64,000 bases of DNA from Candidatus Latescibacterota bacterium (GTDB lineage Bacteria; Latescibacterota; UBA2968; UBA8231). Below are positions 22,329-31,598 of this stretch, piece by piece. A program made the translations under genes and the position numbers. The stretch covers positions 64,001 to 128,000 of the forward strand of contig OZ242214.1 of NCBI GenBank assembly GCA_965206595.1. Direction: 5' to 3'. A model generated the notes under the pieces. The model did not search any database, was not told the DNA's origin, and saw only the letters and a program-made list of their open reading frames with translations. Positions within the stretch are counted from its first letter, which is position 1. Every line of letters begins with the position of its first letter.

Positions 22329-23483
22329 TCAACCTCGAAGCGACCCTTCCAGGTCCGCCAACGCCAGCGCCCGGATTCCCTCGGCCATGTCGAAGGTCCG
22401 GGTTCCCGCGTGGATCACGTCGAGCCGGTTCAGGCGCAGGTCCTCGCAGGCGATGTGCATGCTTCGGGTCAAGCGAGGTGCCGACGTGAGCTTCACCTCG
22501 AAGCCGAGCCGCTGGCCGCCCTGATGGACCAGGAGATCCAGCTCCGCCCCGGCGTGGGTTGCCCAGAAGTAGCAGTCCTCCGGAGCGGCGTCCGCGAGGC
22601 GGATCACCTGCTCGATCACGAAGCCTTCCCAGGATGCGCCCACCTTCGGATGGCCTTCCAGATCCCGCTGCGAGGGCAGGTTCAGCAGCGCGTGCAGCAG
22701 GCCGCTGTCCCTCAGGTAGACCCGCGGCGCCTTGACCTGCCGCTTGGAGATGTTCTCGTGCCAGGGCTGCAGTTGCCTCACCACCAGGGCCGACTCGAGA
22801 TGCTCGAGGTAGGATCGGACCGTGGTATCGGCCACGCCGAAGGAGCGGGCGAACTCGGACGCGTTCCACACCTGCCCGTGGTAGTGGGCGAGCATGGTCC
22901 AGAACCGGCGCATGGTGCGCGCGCTCACGTTGACGCCAAGCTGAGGCAGGTCGCGTTCGAGGAAGGTGCGGACGAACTCCCGGCGCCACTCGAAGCTCTG
23001 CCTCTCGCCGCGGGCCAGGTAGGAGCGCGGGAATCCGCCTCGCCGCCAGAGCCGATCGGGGGTCTCGCGGCCGGTCTCGTCGAGGGCGAACCCGCCCAGC
23101 TCGCGATAGGCGATGCGTCCCGCGAGGGTTTCCGACGACTGGTGAAGCAACTCGGGGGAGGCGCTTCCCAGAATCAGGAACCTGGCCGGCGTGCCCTCCC
23201 GGTCCGCAAGCACGCGCAGGGCACGGAAAAGCTGGGGGACGCGCTGGATCTCGTCGAGCACGACCAGACCCGGCAGCGGCCGCAGCGCCCGCAGCGGATC
23301 GGCCAGCCGCGCCAGATCGGCCTCGTCTTCGAGATCGAATCGCTCGACGGGCCCCTCCCAGGCTGACGCGATGAGTCCCGCCAGGGTGCTCTTGCCCACC
23401 TGGCGGGCGCCGATGATGGCGGCCACCGGATGGTCTCGCAGCAGTGCGAGCACTCTCTCCCGTTCCCGGTCACGGTTGTTCAC
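22329..23483 (-). CDS. AAA+ ATPase with DUF4143 and C-terminal PD-(D/E)xK-like domain
   Basis: Walker A GARQVGKST, Walker B VVLDEIQ, LGSAS, RGGFP, ELDLL...FEVK. Confidence 0.9.
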   Translation of the reverse strand: MNNRDRERERVLALLRDHPVAAIIGARQVGKSTLAGLIASAWEGPVERFDLEDEADLARLADPLRALRPLPGLVVLDEIQRVPQLFRALRVLADREGTPARFLILGSASPELLHQSSETLAGRIAYRELGGFALDETGRETPDRLWRRGGFPRSYLARGERQSFEWRREFVRTFLERDLPQLGVNVSARTMRRFWTMLAHYHGQVWNASEFARSFGVADTTVRSYLEHLESALVVRQLQPWHENISKRQVKAPRVYLRDSGLLHALLNLPSQRDLEGHPKVGASWEGFVIEQVIRLADAAPEDCYFWATHAGAELDLLVHQGGQRLGFEVKLTSAPRLTRSMHIACEDLRLNRLDVIHAGTRTFDMAEGIRALALADLEGSLRG

Positions 23484-23570
23484 ATCGAGAATTTATATTG
23501 AAATCTCTGTTTCTTCCACAGAATTTTCAAGGAACACGGACCGATAGCCGCCCTGACCGATCCCGCCTCG

Positions 23571-24023
23571 ATGGGCAATTCTCAGGAAGACCCTGCCACA
23601 CCCCCCGGTTATAAGGGCGTTGACAAAGTTCTAAATGACTTTGAGGGCATGAAGCGTTTCATCGAGGTACAGCGCAGTCCGTATCACGGCTGGAACTTCT
23701 GCGTCGGCTCCATCGCTGAAGGGCTCGAAGATCCGGCCGATGAAATCTACCCCATCATAGAATACTTTGGCAGCCGCAATACGATCTTCCTGGTTCACTA
23801 TCGCAACCTCCTCGGGGGGCGCTACAGCTTCCGCGAGGCTCTGCCCGATGAAGGAGATATGGACTTCCACCGGGTATTGAAGGCCCTCAAGGACACAGGC
23901 TACTGTTACGGCATTGATCCCGACCACGTCCCGCGCACCGACGACGATCCGAAGGGCTACTATCAGTCCTATGCTTACTGCTTCGGTTACATCAATGCCA
24001 TGATTCAGGCGGTCTACGGTTAA
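23571..24023 (+). pseudogene. Mannonate dehydratase (UxuA-like) C-terminal fragment
   Basis: DP..PPGY.GV, NFCVG, VHYRN, DEGDMD, PDHVP, FGYINAMIQ; N-terminal half absent. Confidence 0.75.
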
Positions 24024-24078
24024 TCCATATGCAGGTGGAAGAGGGCCGGCGCATCGCCCGTTCCTGGGGGGACTTGGT

Positions 24079-24324
24079 GTGACCCTGTCCGACCTTCGGC
24101 GGCGGCCGCCGGAACGCCGGGCGGACTTCGTCAGGGAGATCGCCGACGATGTGAGTCGGCGCATCCGCGAGGGACTGGTGTCCGAGGCCGAGGCGCGAGA
24201 GCTGGCAGCCAGCCTGCGCTTTCAGGCGGGGCTGCTGCTGCCGGGGCGCTTGGAGGCATTCGACCGCATCTACGGCTCCCGCTTCGAGCGACTGATCCGC
24301 CAGTTCCTGCGCGGCGAGAGCTGA
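24079..24324 (+). CDS. Small hypothetical protein
   Basis: 81-aa helical ORF with GC-typical codon use (FDRIYGSRFERLIRQF); followed on the minus strand by a PhyH-like start remnant (MTPEELYYYDVT, 24364). Confidence 0.45.
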   Translation: MTLSDLRRRPPERRADFVREIADDVSRRIREGLVSEAEARELAASLRFQAGLLLPGRLEAFDRIYGSRFERLIRQFLRGES

Positions 24325-24463
24325 TCGCCGTCACATCGTAGTAATACAGTTCTTCAGGGGTCACTGTAGTTCGAGTTAGCCGCCTGAGACTTCCTCCGCG
24401 ATGGGCTCCCGGCGCCGGTGAGCCGTAGGAAGAAGTGCGCCCTCAAAGTAGCTGGGAGCGGCT

Positions 24464-25315
24464 CTACTGCAGATCCTTGCCGGGAATTGTGCCCCAGGAG
24501 ACCGCTTCTGCCTCGCCCTCATAGACCGGCAGATACGGTTCCGTGATGTGTCGCGTTTGTTCGACCCAGTCAGCCCATTCAGACCTGCTGGCGATGTGAT
24601 CGCGGATCAATGCCTTGACTTCGCCGGGCATGTCGTCATAGGCCGGCCAATACCAGATAGTGAGCACTGTGCGGCGTTGGCCGCTCTGATTGGCACGGGC
24701 GGAATGCAGCAGACGCGAATCGCCGATGACGACATCGCCGGCGCGAACTGGTACATCGACCTCACCCTCGACCTGTTGAAAAGCGAGATGATCCCTATCG
24801 GTTGTGTTGATTACGGTGTCGTCGTCCCTTGGTCGCATATCGTGGAGCGGGTGACGTTTCAGGTGGGAGCCGGGGATCAAGCGTAGACAGCCGTTGTGTA
24901 TGTTCGTGTCGACCAGATAGTACATCAGGAAATACTGCTGCGGCTGGTTGGTGTAGCTGATGGGGTGTTCCCACAACACCCCGTCGTGGTGCCAGTATAA
25001 CGGTGGGCTGTGCGGAGGCTTGCTGATCACAAAGCCGCTCCAGAATTTGGGGGAATCAAATCCCAACTCGGCGAAAACCGCCATCGCGCCTGGATCGATG
25101 AGGAGTTCGGTGAAGGTTGGATGCGGGCAAGTCCAGTAGGGAATGAGGCAGCCCTGTGAGCGGTGCTGCTCAAAGTGCTCCTCGTCCTGTTGCGCGATCA
25201 TCCATTCGCTCATGGCGTTCAGCTTCGCTACCATCTCCGGTGCCAGCACATTCTCAAAGATGCAGAAGCCATCGCGCATGAGTTGATTGCGTTTCTCCTT
25301 GGCGACGATTGGCAT
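24464..25315 (-). CDS. Phytanoyl-CoA dioxygenase (PhyH) family protein
   Basis: DGFCIFENVL, WHHD (HxD), NGCLRLIPGSH, LLHSA, RR. Confidence 0.9.
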   Translation of the reverse strand: MPIVAKEKRNQLMRDGFCIFENVLAPEMVAKLNAMSEWMIAQQDEEHFEQHRSQGCLIPYWTCPHPTFTELLIDPGAMAVFAELGFDSPKFWSGFVISKPPHSPPLYWHHDGVLWEHPISYTNQPQQYFLMYYLVDTNIHNGCLRLIPGSHLKRHPLHDMRPRDDDTVINTTDRDHLAFQQVEGEVDVPVRAGDVVIGDSRLLHSARANQSGQRRTVLTIWYWPAYDDMPGEVKALIRDHIASRSEWADWVEQTRHITEPYLPVYEGEAEAVSWGTIPGKDLQ

Positions 25316-25370
25316 GGGGGGGCTCCTTCCGCGTCAGCAAGTTCTCACGCCCTCCCACCCGCCAAAATCG

Positions 25371-26834
25371 GGCTATATCCGGGTTTTTCAAAGGACATTT
25401 TATAGCATGTACAGAGAGAGATATTGAGTGATTCACACGGTACGGAATCGGGCCGGAATCTGCGCAGGGATATCGAGGTCTCCGACGCACAGGTAAATGA
25501 GGTCGGCAAAGGCATCCAGAGATTTAAATCCACTGGCTCGATTCTTGACCATGCGGATGATTCGATTGAGCCCTTCGGCGGCGGCGTTGGTCAGGTGCGT
25601 GTCGACGAAGGCCGTGATGCCGGCCGCATGCTTGCGCACCGTGTTGACGAACCTGCGCAGGGGCTCCAGGCGGCTGCGCAGGGCCGCCGTCGTCCACTTC
25701 TTGAGGAAGCGTTCGGCGGCCCAGCGCGCCTTGTAGCGCCAGAAGTGCTCGAACTCGTCCTTCAGGCGCCAGGCGCGGTAGATGCGGCGGTTGGCCTTCT
25801 CCAGGGTTTGGAGCGTGCGCCGGTCCTTTGGCGAGCGCCGGGCGGAGTGATGCAGCAGCACCCAGCGCAGGCCCTTGAGCAGCTTGCGGTCCTCGCCGCA
25901 GGCTTGCCGCCACTGTTCCTTGCGCACCTCGTCGACGGCTTCGTTGAGGGCCTTGACGACGTGGAATCGGTCCAGGACGAGCTGGGCGTTGGGGCCGTGC
26001 TGGCGGATGGCGCCGATGAAGGTCTCGCTCATATCGCAGCAGGCCCAGCGGATACGGGCCTTCCGGAAGGCGCTGAGATGGTCCCGGAAGAACGTATCGA
26101 TCGTTTCGCGGGCCTTGCCCTTGCCGATCCAGACGACACAGGAGCGCTCCAGGTCGTAGACCAGGGTGGCGTATTTATGGCCCTTGGCGTAGGAGATCTC
26201 GTCGATGCCGAGGGTCGTCAGCGCGCGGATGCGATGGCCTGTACGCCGGCGCTCGATGAGCCGGTGCACCTGGTCGGACAGGGTCGAAGGAGCCAGGCCC
26301 AGCAAGCGCGCGGCGGTGACCTGCGGCATCCACTGGCAGTAGGTCAGCAGCAGGTATTCGAAGCGGTAGCTGACCCGGGCCGAGGGCGCTGCCCAGGGCA
26401 CCTCCTCGACGTGCCGGCCGTGGGTCGGACAGCGGATCTCTCGAGGGCGGTGGTACAACCAGACGGTACGGCCGCAAATGCGGACGTCGCGCCAGCGGCG
26501 GGGCTCCATGACCTGTACGATCTTGCCCCGGCGCCCACACTCGGGACACCGGCACCCGTTCCTTTGGGGCTTCACCGCGACCACGACGGCCGCTTCCTCC
26601 CCGTGTCCTTCGAACCACACGCCCACAGCGCCAAACCCCTTGAACTTGAACAGCTTGGAGACGAACTTCATAGCGGTCATAGGTCGCCTTCCCTTCCCTT
26701 TCCTGGGGAGTGCTTGATGGGGATACACCAAGCATAGGGAACGACCTATGGCCTTGTCATGTACTCAGATGAACAGCAAGGGCTCAGGTACTTTCCGTAC
26801 TTACGTTTCGGCGTTGAAAAACCCGGATAGACCC
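25371..26834 (-). mobile_element. ISL3-family element (a second, different type)
   Basis: IRs GGCTATATCCGGGTTTTTCAA / GGGTCTATCCGGGTTTTTCAA; flanks do not form a target duplication. Confidence 0.88.
25433..26680 (-). CDS. ISL3 transposase, apparently intact
   Basis: CPECG...CPTHG, LGIDE, CCDMS, DRFHV, TNAAAEGLN. Confidence 0.9.
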   Translation of the reverse strand: MTAMKFVSKLFKFKGFGAVGVWFEGHGEEAAVVVAVKPQRNGCRCPECGRRGKIVQVMEPRRWRDVRICGRTVWLYHRPREIRCPTHGRHVEEVPWAAPSARVSYRFEYLLLTYCQWMPQVTAARLLGLAPSTLSDQVHRLIERRRTGHRIRALTTLGIDEISYAKGHKYATLVYDLERSCVVWIGKGKARETIDTFFRDHLSAFRKARIRWACCDMSETFIGAIRQHGPNAQLVLDRFHVVKALNEAVDEVRKEQWRQACGEDRKLLKGLRWVLLHHSARRSPKDRRTLQTLEKANRRIYRAWRLKDEFEHFWRYKARWAAERFLKKWTTAALRSRLEPLRRFVNTVRKHAAGITAFVDTHLTNAAAEGLNRIIRMVKNRASGFKSLDAFADLIYLCVGDLDIPAQIPARFRTV

Positions 26835-27460
26835 TTCTTTTTCAGGTTTTTCCTTACGATGGGGAGCAAGGTCTTGCCCTTCCTGTCGGGGGTCACCTCG
26901 GTGGCTACCCTGCCGGTTTCCCGGCAGCATACTACGACCCCGATACTCACGCCCTTCTGCCAGTTGCCGTCAAACTTCTTGTTGAGGTGCCTGTTTTTAT
27001 CCTTTCCCCCGAAAAAGGTTTCGTCTATTTCAACGGCGCTGCTGTTGAGGCTTTCCTGTTCTCCCCACCCTTCCCGGATGCGATGCAGCATGAACAATGC
27101 CGACGAATACGCAAGGCCGAGGTCGCGGGCAAGCTGCCTGGCGCTGATTCCCTTCGGGCGGGACAGGTGCAGGTGGATGCCGATGGCCCATATCTGCAAG
27201 GGGATCTTGGAGTGAGACATCACCGTTTTCGTGCGAACGCTGAATCGCTTTCGGCAGTCGCCGCACCAATACGGCTGGGGTTTGCGGTTAGGGCATTCCG
27301 TTATCATGCCGTAGCAGCCCCAATGCGGGCAGTGTATGTTGACGGGAAGGCCGTCTACCGTCTTCCCCCATCTGAGTTCTTCAAACCATTTTTCCGCTGT
27401 TTCATCATCTGGAAACATTCTGAATAATTCGATTAAGGATAAACTTTTACCATTCTTCAC
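26835..27460 (-). pseudogene. IS1595-family transposase, 3'-truncated by ISL3
   Basis: FPDDETAEKWFEELRW, Zn ribbon CPH.G...CGDCRKRFSV, GISARQLARDL, VEIDETFFGG. Confidence 0.88.
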
Positions 27461-28153
27461 TCCGATTACCTTCGGGCCGTGGAATACCGAACTTGAGACC
27501 AGCGGCCCTCATAAAATATTGTGATTCACGCTCCCATAGGATTCCTTTCGGTTAGTGGGATGGTGACTCTGTCGGTGTTCGCCGACAGAAGGGACTGAGG
27601 AAGCGGCAGCGGATGCTGAGGGCTTCCTCTTCGAATTACCATTATTGTACCTGGATTTTCTAAAAAAAAAATCGGCTTGCAGGAAATTTCCATAAAGCTC
27701 GTAACGGCGAGGGCGAACTTTAGTTTCTGGAAGCGGGAGAGGGGGTGTGGCAGGGGAGGCAAGGAGGTCGGCGGTGGATGCAGGAAGGCCTGATTCAAGG
27801 GGGGATGAGCATCCAGACGGTTCCTTCAGGAGCTGGAGCCGGGGTGTGGCTTTTGCGGGGTAGGTCCTGGGGGGAGGGGATTGCGGGGCTGCAAGCCCGG
27901 TGTCGCTGGAGGTCTCAGTCCGGATCGGCGTTACCTAAAAAGGATTCAGGAACTGCGGGTCGAGGTGGCGCTGAGGGATACGACCTGGTGCTTCGCCGAC
28001 GAGGGAATCTTCATCCCTTTGGAGAAACGTCTGCTATCAGCGCCGCTACATGAACGGCATGACCCAGCTGCGCGGCCTGAACAACTACCCCGAGCAGGAG
28101 GCGAGTATCAGGGAATTACCATCAACTGTGTACATCCATAGGACTATCGAAAC

Positions 28154-28951
28154 CTACCTGAACCTACCAGCGGCTTCCCGTAATTCAAAGATGTTATTCA
28201 TCTGTTCCGCGTTTGGTCTACGTCCGATCTTACCTAAGAAATCGCTCGCAACATCGGAATCGGTGATAGGCGTATCGCCACTGGGGTCGATTGCTGAGTC
28301 GATATACTGCACTGCCTTTGCGAGCTGCTTGGTATGGGCTATAAATGCTCCGGCCCTCGGTTCAATAACAACCTTGTTCCCTATCTGTGAGTCGAGCAAC
28401 CTTATGCTGATGTAGTTCAAAACTGAATGAATTTCGTCCAAGGCGTTCCCCACTTTTTCAATGCTTGCAGAAGCCAAGGGTTCAGGATTGGGTCCTATTA
28501 CTCGGGAAAGGTCAGTATGAGCGATGACTCTGTTTCTCCAGTCACGCGCAAATTCTCCAGATTCAATCGCAGTATTGACGCGACTACTCACTTCGCAATG
28601 CAATTCTGCATCTTCGCAAAGCTCCGGCAGCTTCAAGATGGTAAGATTGTCCTTTCCCTTGCCGCTACTAACAGGGTCGGTCAACTTGCTCACGAGCAGT
28701 ATTAGATTCTCCCAGAATACCCACTGAACATGCAAAAGAAATCCACCCATAATTGCTCTTAGAGGTTTGGCATCCTCAGCCCTGGTGAGTATCCGAAGCT
28801 CTCTGATTGTTATTGTTCCCCAACACCAGTTATTTACCAAGGCATGAAATATTGTCCCGAATTCTACCCCGAGCTTATCCTGGTACTCTTGCTTTACTTC
28901 AGACGAACTTCTTTGTCGCCTCTCTGTCATTTTCCATCTTCCTTTTGCCAT
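28154..28951 (-). CDS. Predicted HEPN (AbiU2-like) domain protein
   Basis: Helical protein with SKLTDP, NLTI and an Rx4-6H motif (RDWRNRVIAHTD); lower GC than the flanks. Confidence 0.65.
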   Translation of the reverse strand: MAKGRWKMTERRQRSSSEVKQEYQDKLGVEFGTIFHALVNNWCWGTITIRELRILTRAEDAKPLRAIMGGFLLHVQWVFWENLILLVSKLTDPVSSGKGKDNLTILKLPELCEDAELHCEVSSRVNTAIESGEFARDWRNRVIAHTDLSRVIGPNPEPLASASIEKVGNALDEIHSVLNYISIRLLDSQIGNKVVIEPRAGAFIAHTKQLAKAVQYIDSAIDPSGDTPITDSDVASDFLGKIGRRPNAEQMNNIFELREAAGRFR

Positions 28952-29173
28952 CTTCTGTTCTCATTGGGGAAGCATTCAAATCGTATCACTTCTGGTTTCC
29001 CCTGTTCCAGTTGCACTTCCTGTTTCATTTTCATGGCTTGTAGGGGGCGTATTTCTTCGCCGCGGTATTGCAGCCGACGAACAGAACCCCTGCGATGAGA
29101 AGATTCACTGCCTCTCTGTCATTCCTTCACCGGAACATCGACATCGACTTCGATCTTGGCGCGCGCCTTGACC

Positions 29174-29368
29174 TCATAGGGTGGACGCTCCAACGACTTC
29201 TTTCTCAAGGGTCACCGTCGTGGCCGTAGAATCCCCAATCGTAGTCACCGGCGATCCGGGCTCCTCGTCCCAAGGATCTTTGTCGTCGGGCGGATTGATC
29301 AGGTCCCAACCCGACAGAAGGATGGCCGTGGCGAAGATGGTGGCCTGGAGCAGCGTGAAGACAGTCAT
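29174..29368 (-). CDS. Small exported peptide / degenerate lipoprotein
   Basis: GAGG upstream; hydrophobic N-terminus ending LLSGW, where a lipobox Cys would sit. Confidence 0.35.
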   Translation of the reverse strand: MTVFTLLQATIFATAILLSGWDLINPPDDKDPWDEEPGSPVTTIGDSTATTVTLEKEVVGASTL

Positions 29369-29605
29369 AATACTCTTTCCTCAAGGGTTTCAAGCGAAAC
29401 TTCCAGCACAATCGCCACTGGAAGGATTCGATCTGGCGGTGCTGTTCTCAACGGCAAGGCGAGGATATCGGCATCCCCTTGAGCGGAACGGACCTCAATC
29501 AGAGGTCGCCAACAGGAACGGCATGAATCACGCTGCGCGAACTGAACAACTACCCCGAGCAGGGGGTGAGTGTCAGGGAATTACCATCACTGTACACTCT
29601 TGCAT

Positions 29606-30373
29606 TCAGTCCTCCTTCATTTTTCTCAGGTCAACAATTTGATCTACAGTCAATTCCTTTTCTATGGAATTGCAGATCTCAACCATGCGAGATTGAAATG
29701 GCGAAAGAGGGCCTTTCTTATCCTCTCTCCACCTCAAGTGAAGAAGATATCCCAAGCAATCTGGCAATACACCACCAGGTAAATTCTTGGCATAGAAAGA
29801 TACGTCCCCAATTTTGCTATGATCAATTGACATATCCCCAGGAGATAAAAATTCGCTCATCCATTGATTGCTCACCGTGTTTCTCTGGAAAATAAAATAT
29901 TGTAGGGGGGAATCGTCTCTTTCCATGAAGTAATGGAATAGATGATCAGATCTGGCAGAAGCCTTTAGTCCCATAAAGCACATGGGAATCAACCATTCTT
30001 TTTCAAAGTTGATGTAGCTCTGTTTGCGACAATTATGGAATAACTCCTCCGCCCTTTCGTTTCTCCGATATCCAATTCGGACAATAGGTATCTTCATTTC
30101 ATTAATTATTGACGCCAGCCCTTCCATGAATTTAAACTTCGTTTTATCAGGCTCGTCAGGGAATAACTCGCATGCGTGTACTTCGGGAAGGCTGGGAATA
30201 TGGTTACGAGGCGATGGGAATAAATCTCTGAGAAGAGAAAAGTATTTTTTCCTGAAAGGCACAATCTGAGTTGCCATGAGATATACGCCAGTCAGTGCAG
30301 TTACTTGGTTTTTCCTGGATTCGGTATGATCCGCATACTTTTCGTCAAGATAAACATGAACAGATTCAACCAT
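29606..30373 (-). CDS. DUF3800-like protein (predicted RNase H-fold)
   Basis: N-terminal VYLDE, EVHACEL, C-terminal LPDCLGYL; GGAGG RBS; AT-rich. Confidence 0.55.
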   Translation of the reverse strand: MVESVHVYLDEKYADHTESRKNQVTALTGVYLMATQIVPFRKKYFSLLRDLFPSPRNHIPSLPEVHACELFPDEPDKTKFKFMEGLASIINEMKIPIVRIGYRRNERAEELFHNCRKQSYINFEKEWLIPMCFMGLKASARSDHLFHYFMERDDSPLQYFIFQRNTVSNQWMSEFLSPGDMSIDHSKIGDVSFYAKNLPGGVLPDCLGYLLHLRWREDKKGPLSPFQSRMVEICNSIEKELTVDQIVDLRKMKED

Positions 30374-30450
30374 CTAGAGTAACCTCCAGGAGAAAAAATG
30401 GAACCTTACAGAGATTATCATCACTGTACAGATCATCCTTCTCCGGTTAT

Positions 30451-31344
30451 CTATCTGTAGTTCGGAATCTCCAACCTTCCCTCTTGCACCTTCACGAGAT
30501 ACTGGAAGAAGTTTTCTCGATCATACCCCCTCATAAACTTGCAAATCTTGCGTAGCTCACCAGGAATCTGGTCACGAGAAATTCCAGGATGAGGTGAGTT
30601 ACCAGGATGTAGAAATCGTATGGCATACTCGACATTCTCGGTTATCAGGCGACTGATTCCAGAGTATATGCTCTGAAAACGATCTTTTCTTCCCCCTTGG
30701 CCTTCCATAAGAGTGTTGGCCATTTCAAACATCTCTTCGTGCAGGGCACGACAGAGCCTTCTGGTGACATTCGGATACTCTACCTCATCCTTCAACCTAA
30801 TGAACTCATCTTCCAGGATGTATCTGATTCCTCTCGCTACTTCCAGCATCGCGCCAATGCTCACCTTCGGTTGTCTTGCACTGTCCTCGGGAAAGCCCTC
30901 AAGGAGGAAATACCTCCAAGTAGTATATCCACCCTGTCTTCCTCCATCTCCCCGAGCACCCACGTCAAGTTGATCGAGAAAAGGTTTCAACGTACGAAGA
31001 GGAATGTAGCTGTGCAGTTCAACGTACCCCTCGTACGTTCGATCCAGAGTTTCCTTGTGTTTTTCGCTCAGCTTTTCATACAGCCTGCTCAACCGATGTC
31101 CCCAACCGGATTTACCTGTATGGAACTGGATGAGTAGCTTCAGTCCCTGCTCTATGGCGGAATATGCCGACGGGACCCACACCCACCCCTGAATCCCTTC
31201 ATAGTCAGGTGCCATGTCAGGGGCTACCCCACCAGACTTATTGTACATTTTTGAGAGCGCGCTGATGGCCTCGGCAGTTCTCATGTACGCAGGTCTCAAA
31301 TGGTTGTCACTCGGCATTGCCGTTGCCTTCTCCCCTTCAGTCAT
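30451..31344 (-). CDS. Hypothetical protein with a HEPN-like helical core
   Basis: AIEQGLKLLI...GHRLSRLYEKL...YTTWRY pattern; AT-rich. Confidence 0.5.
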   Translation of the reverse strand: MTEGEKATAMPSDNHLRPAYMRTAEAISALSKMYNKSGGVAPDMAPDYEGIQGWVWVPSAYSAIEQGLKLLIQFHTGKSGWGHRLSRLYEKLSEKHKETLDRTYEGYVELHSYIPLRTLKPFLDQLDVGARGDGGRQGGYTTWRYFLLEGFPEDSARQPKVSIGAMLEVARGIRYILEDEFIRLKDEVEYPNVTRRLCRALHEEMFEMANTLMEGQGGRKDRFQSIYSGISRLITENVEYAIRFLHPGNSPHPGISRDQIPGELRKICKFMRGYDRENFFQYLVKVQEGRLEIPNYR

Positions 31345-31598
31345 TGGACAGTTCTCCCAATGTCCAGTACACAGTTTCCCCATCTTTCGGAAGCCGTAGA
31401 GCCTGTCGCGTACTGCTTGCCTGAGCAAGTAGAATCTGGAAGCAGTCCATGAGATCGTCAGGAACTCCTCGACAAAAAGCTGCGCGAGGCCGAGAACTAG
31501 AGAACGCCGAGCTGGACCGGGAAAGCGACCGGCTCAAGTGCCTGTATAATGCGACGGTAGAATACCGATCAAAAGCGCGATTTTTCCGATTATCTGGT

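Larger units (their letters stand above)
27633..30430. repeat. Four same-orientation copies of an ~18-22 bp motif (27633-27650, 28113-28134, 29578-29596, 30413-30430); two sit at the end of a longer >=80 bp repeat (28053-28134, 29517-29596)
   Basis: gaattaccattattgtac; gaattaccatcaactgtgtaca; gaattaccatcactgtaca; gattatcatcactgtaca. Shared upstream block aacggcatga...tgaacaactaccccgagcagg in two copies. Confidence 0.8.

Noticed and set aside
27633-30430. CRISPR array or attC interpretation of the recurring motif
   Set aside because: Spacing is gene-sized and irregular, no cas genes are present, and there are no RYYYAAC/GTTRRRY cores or hairpins.
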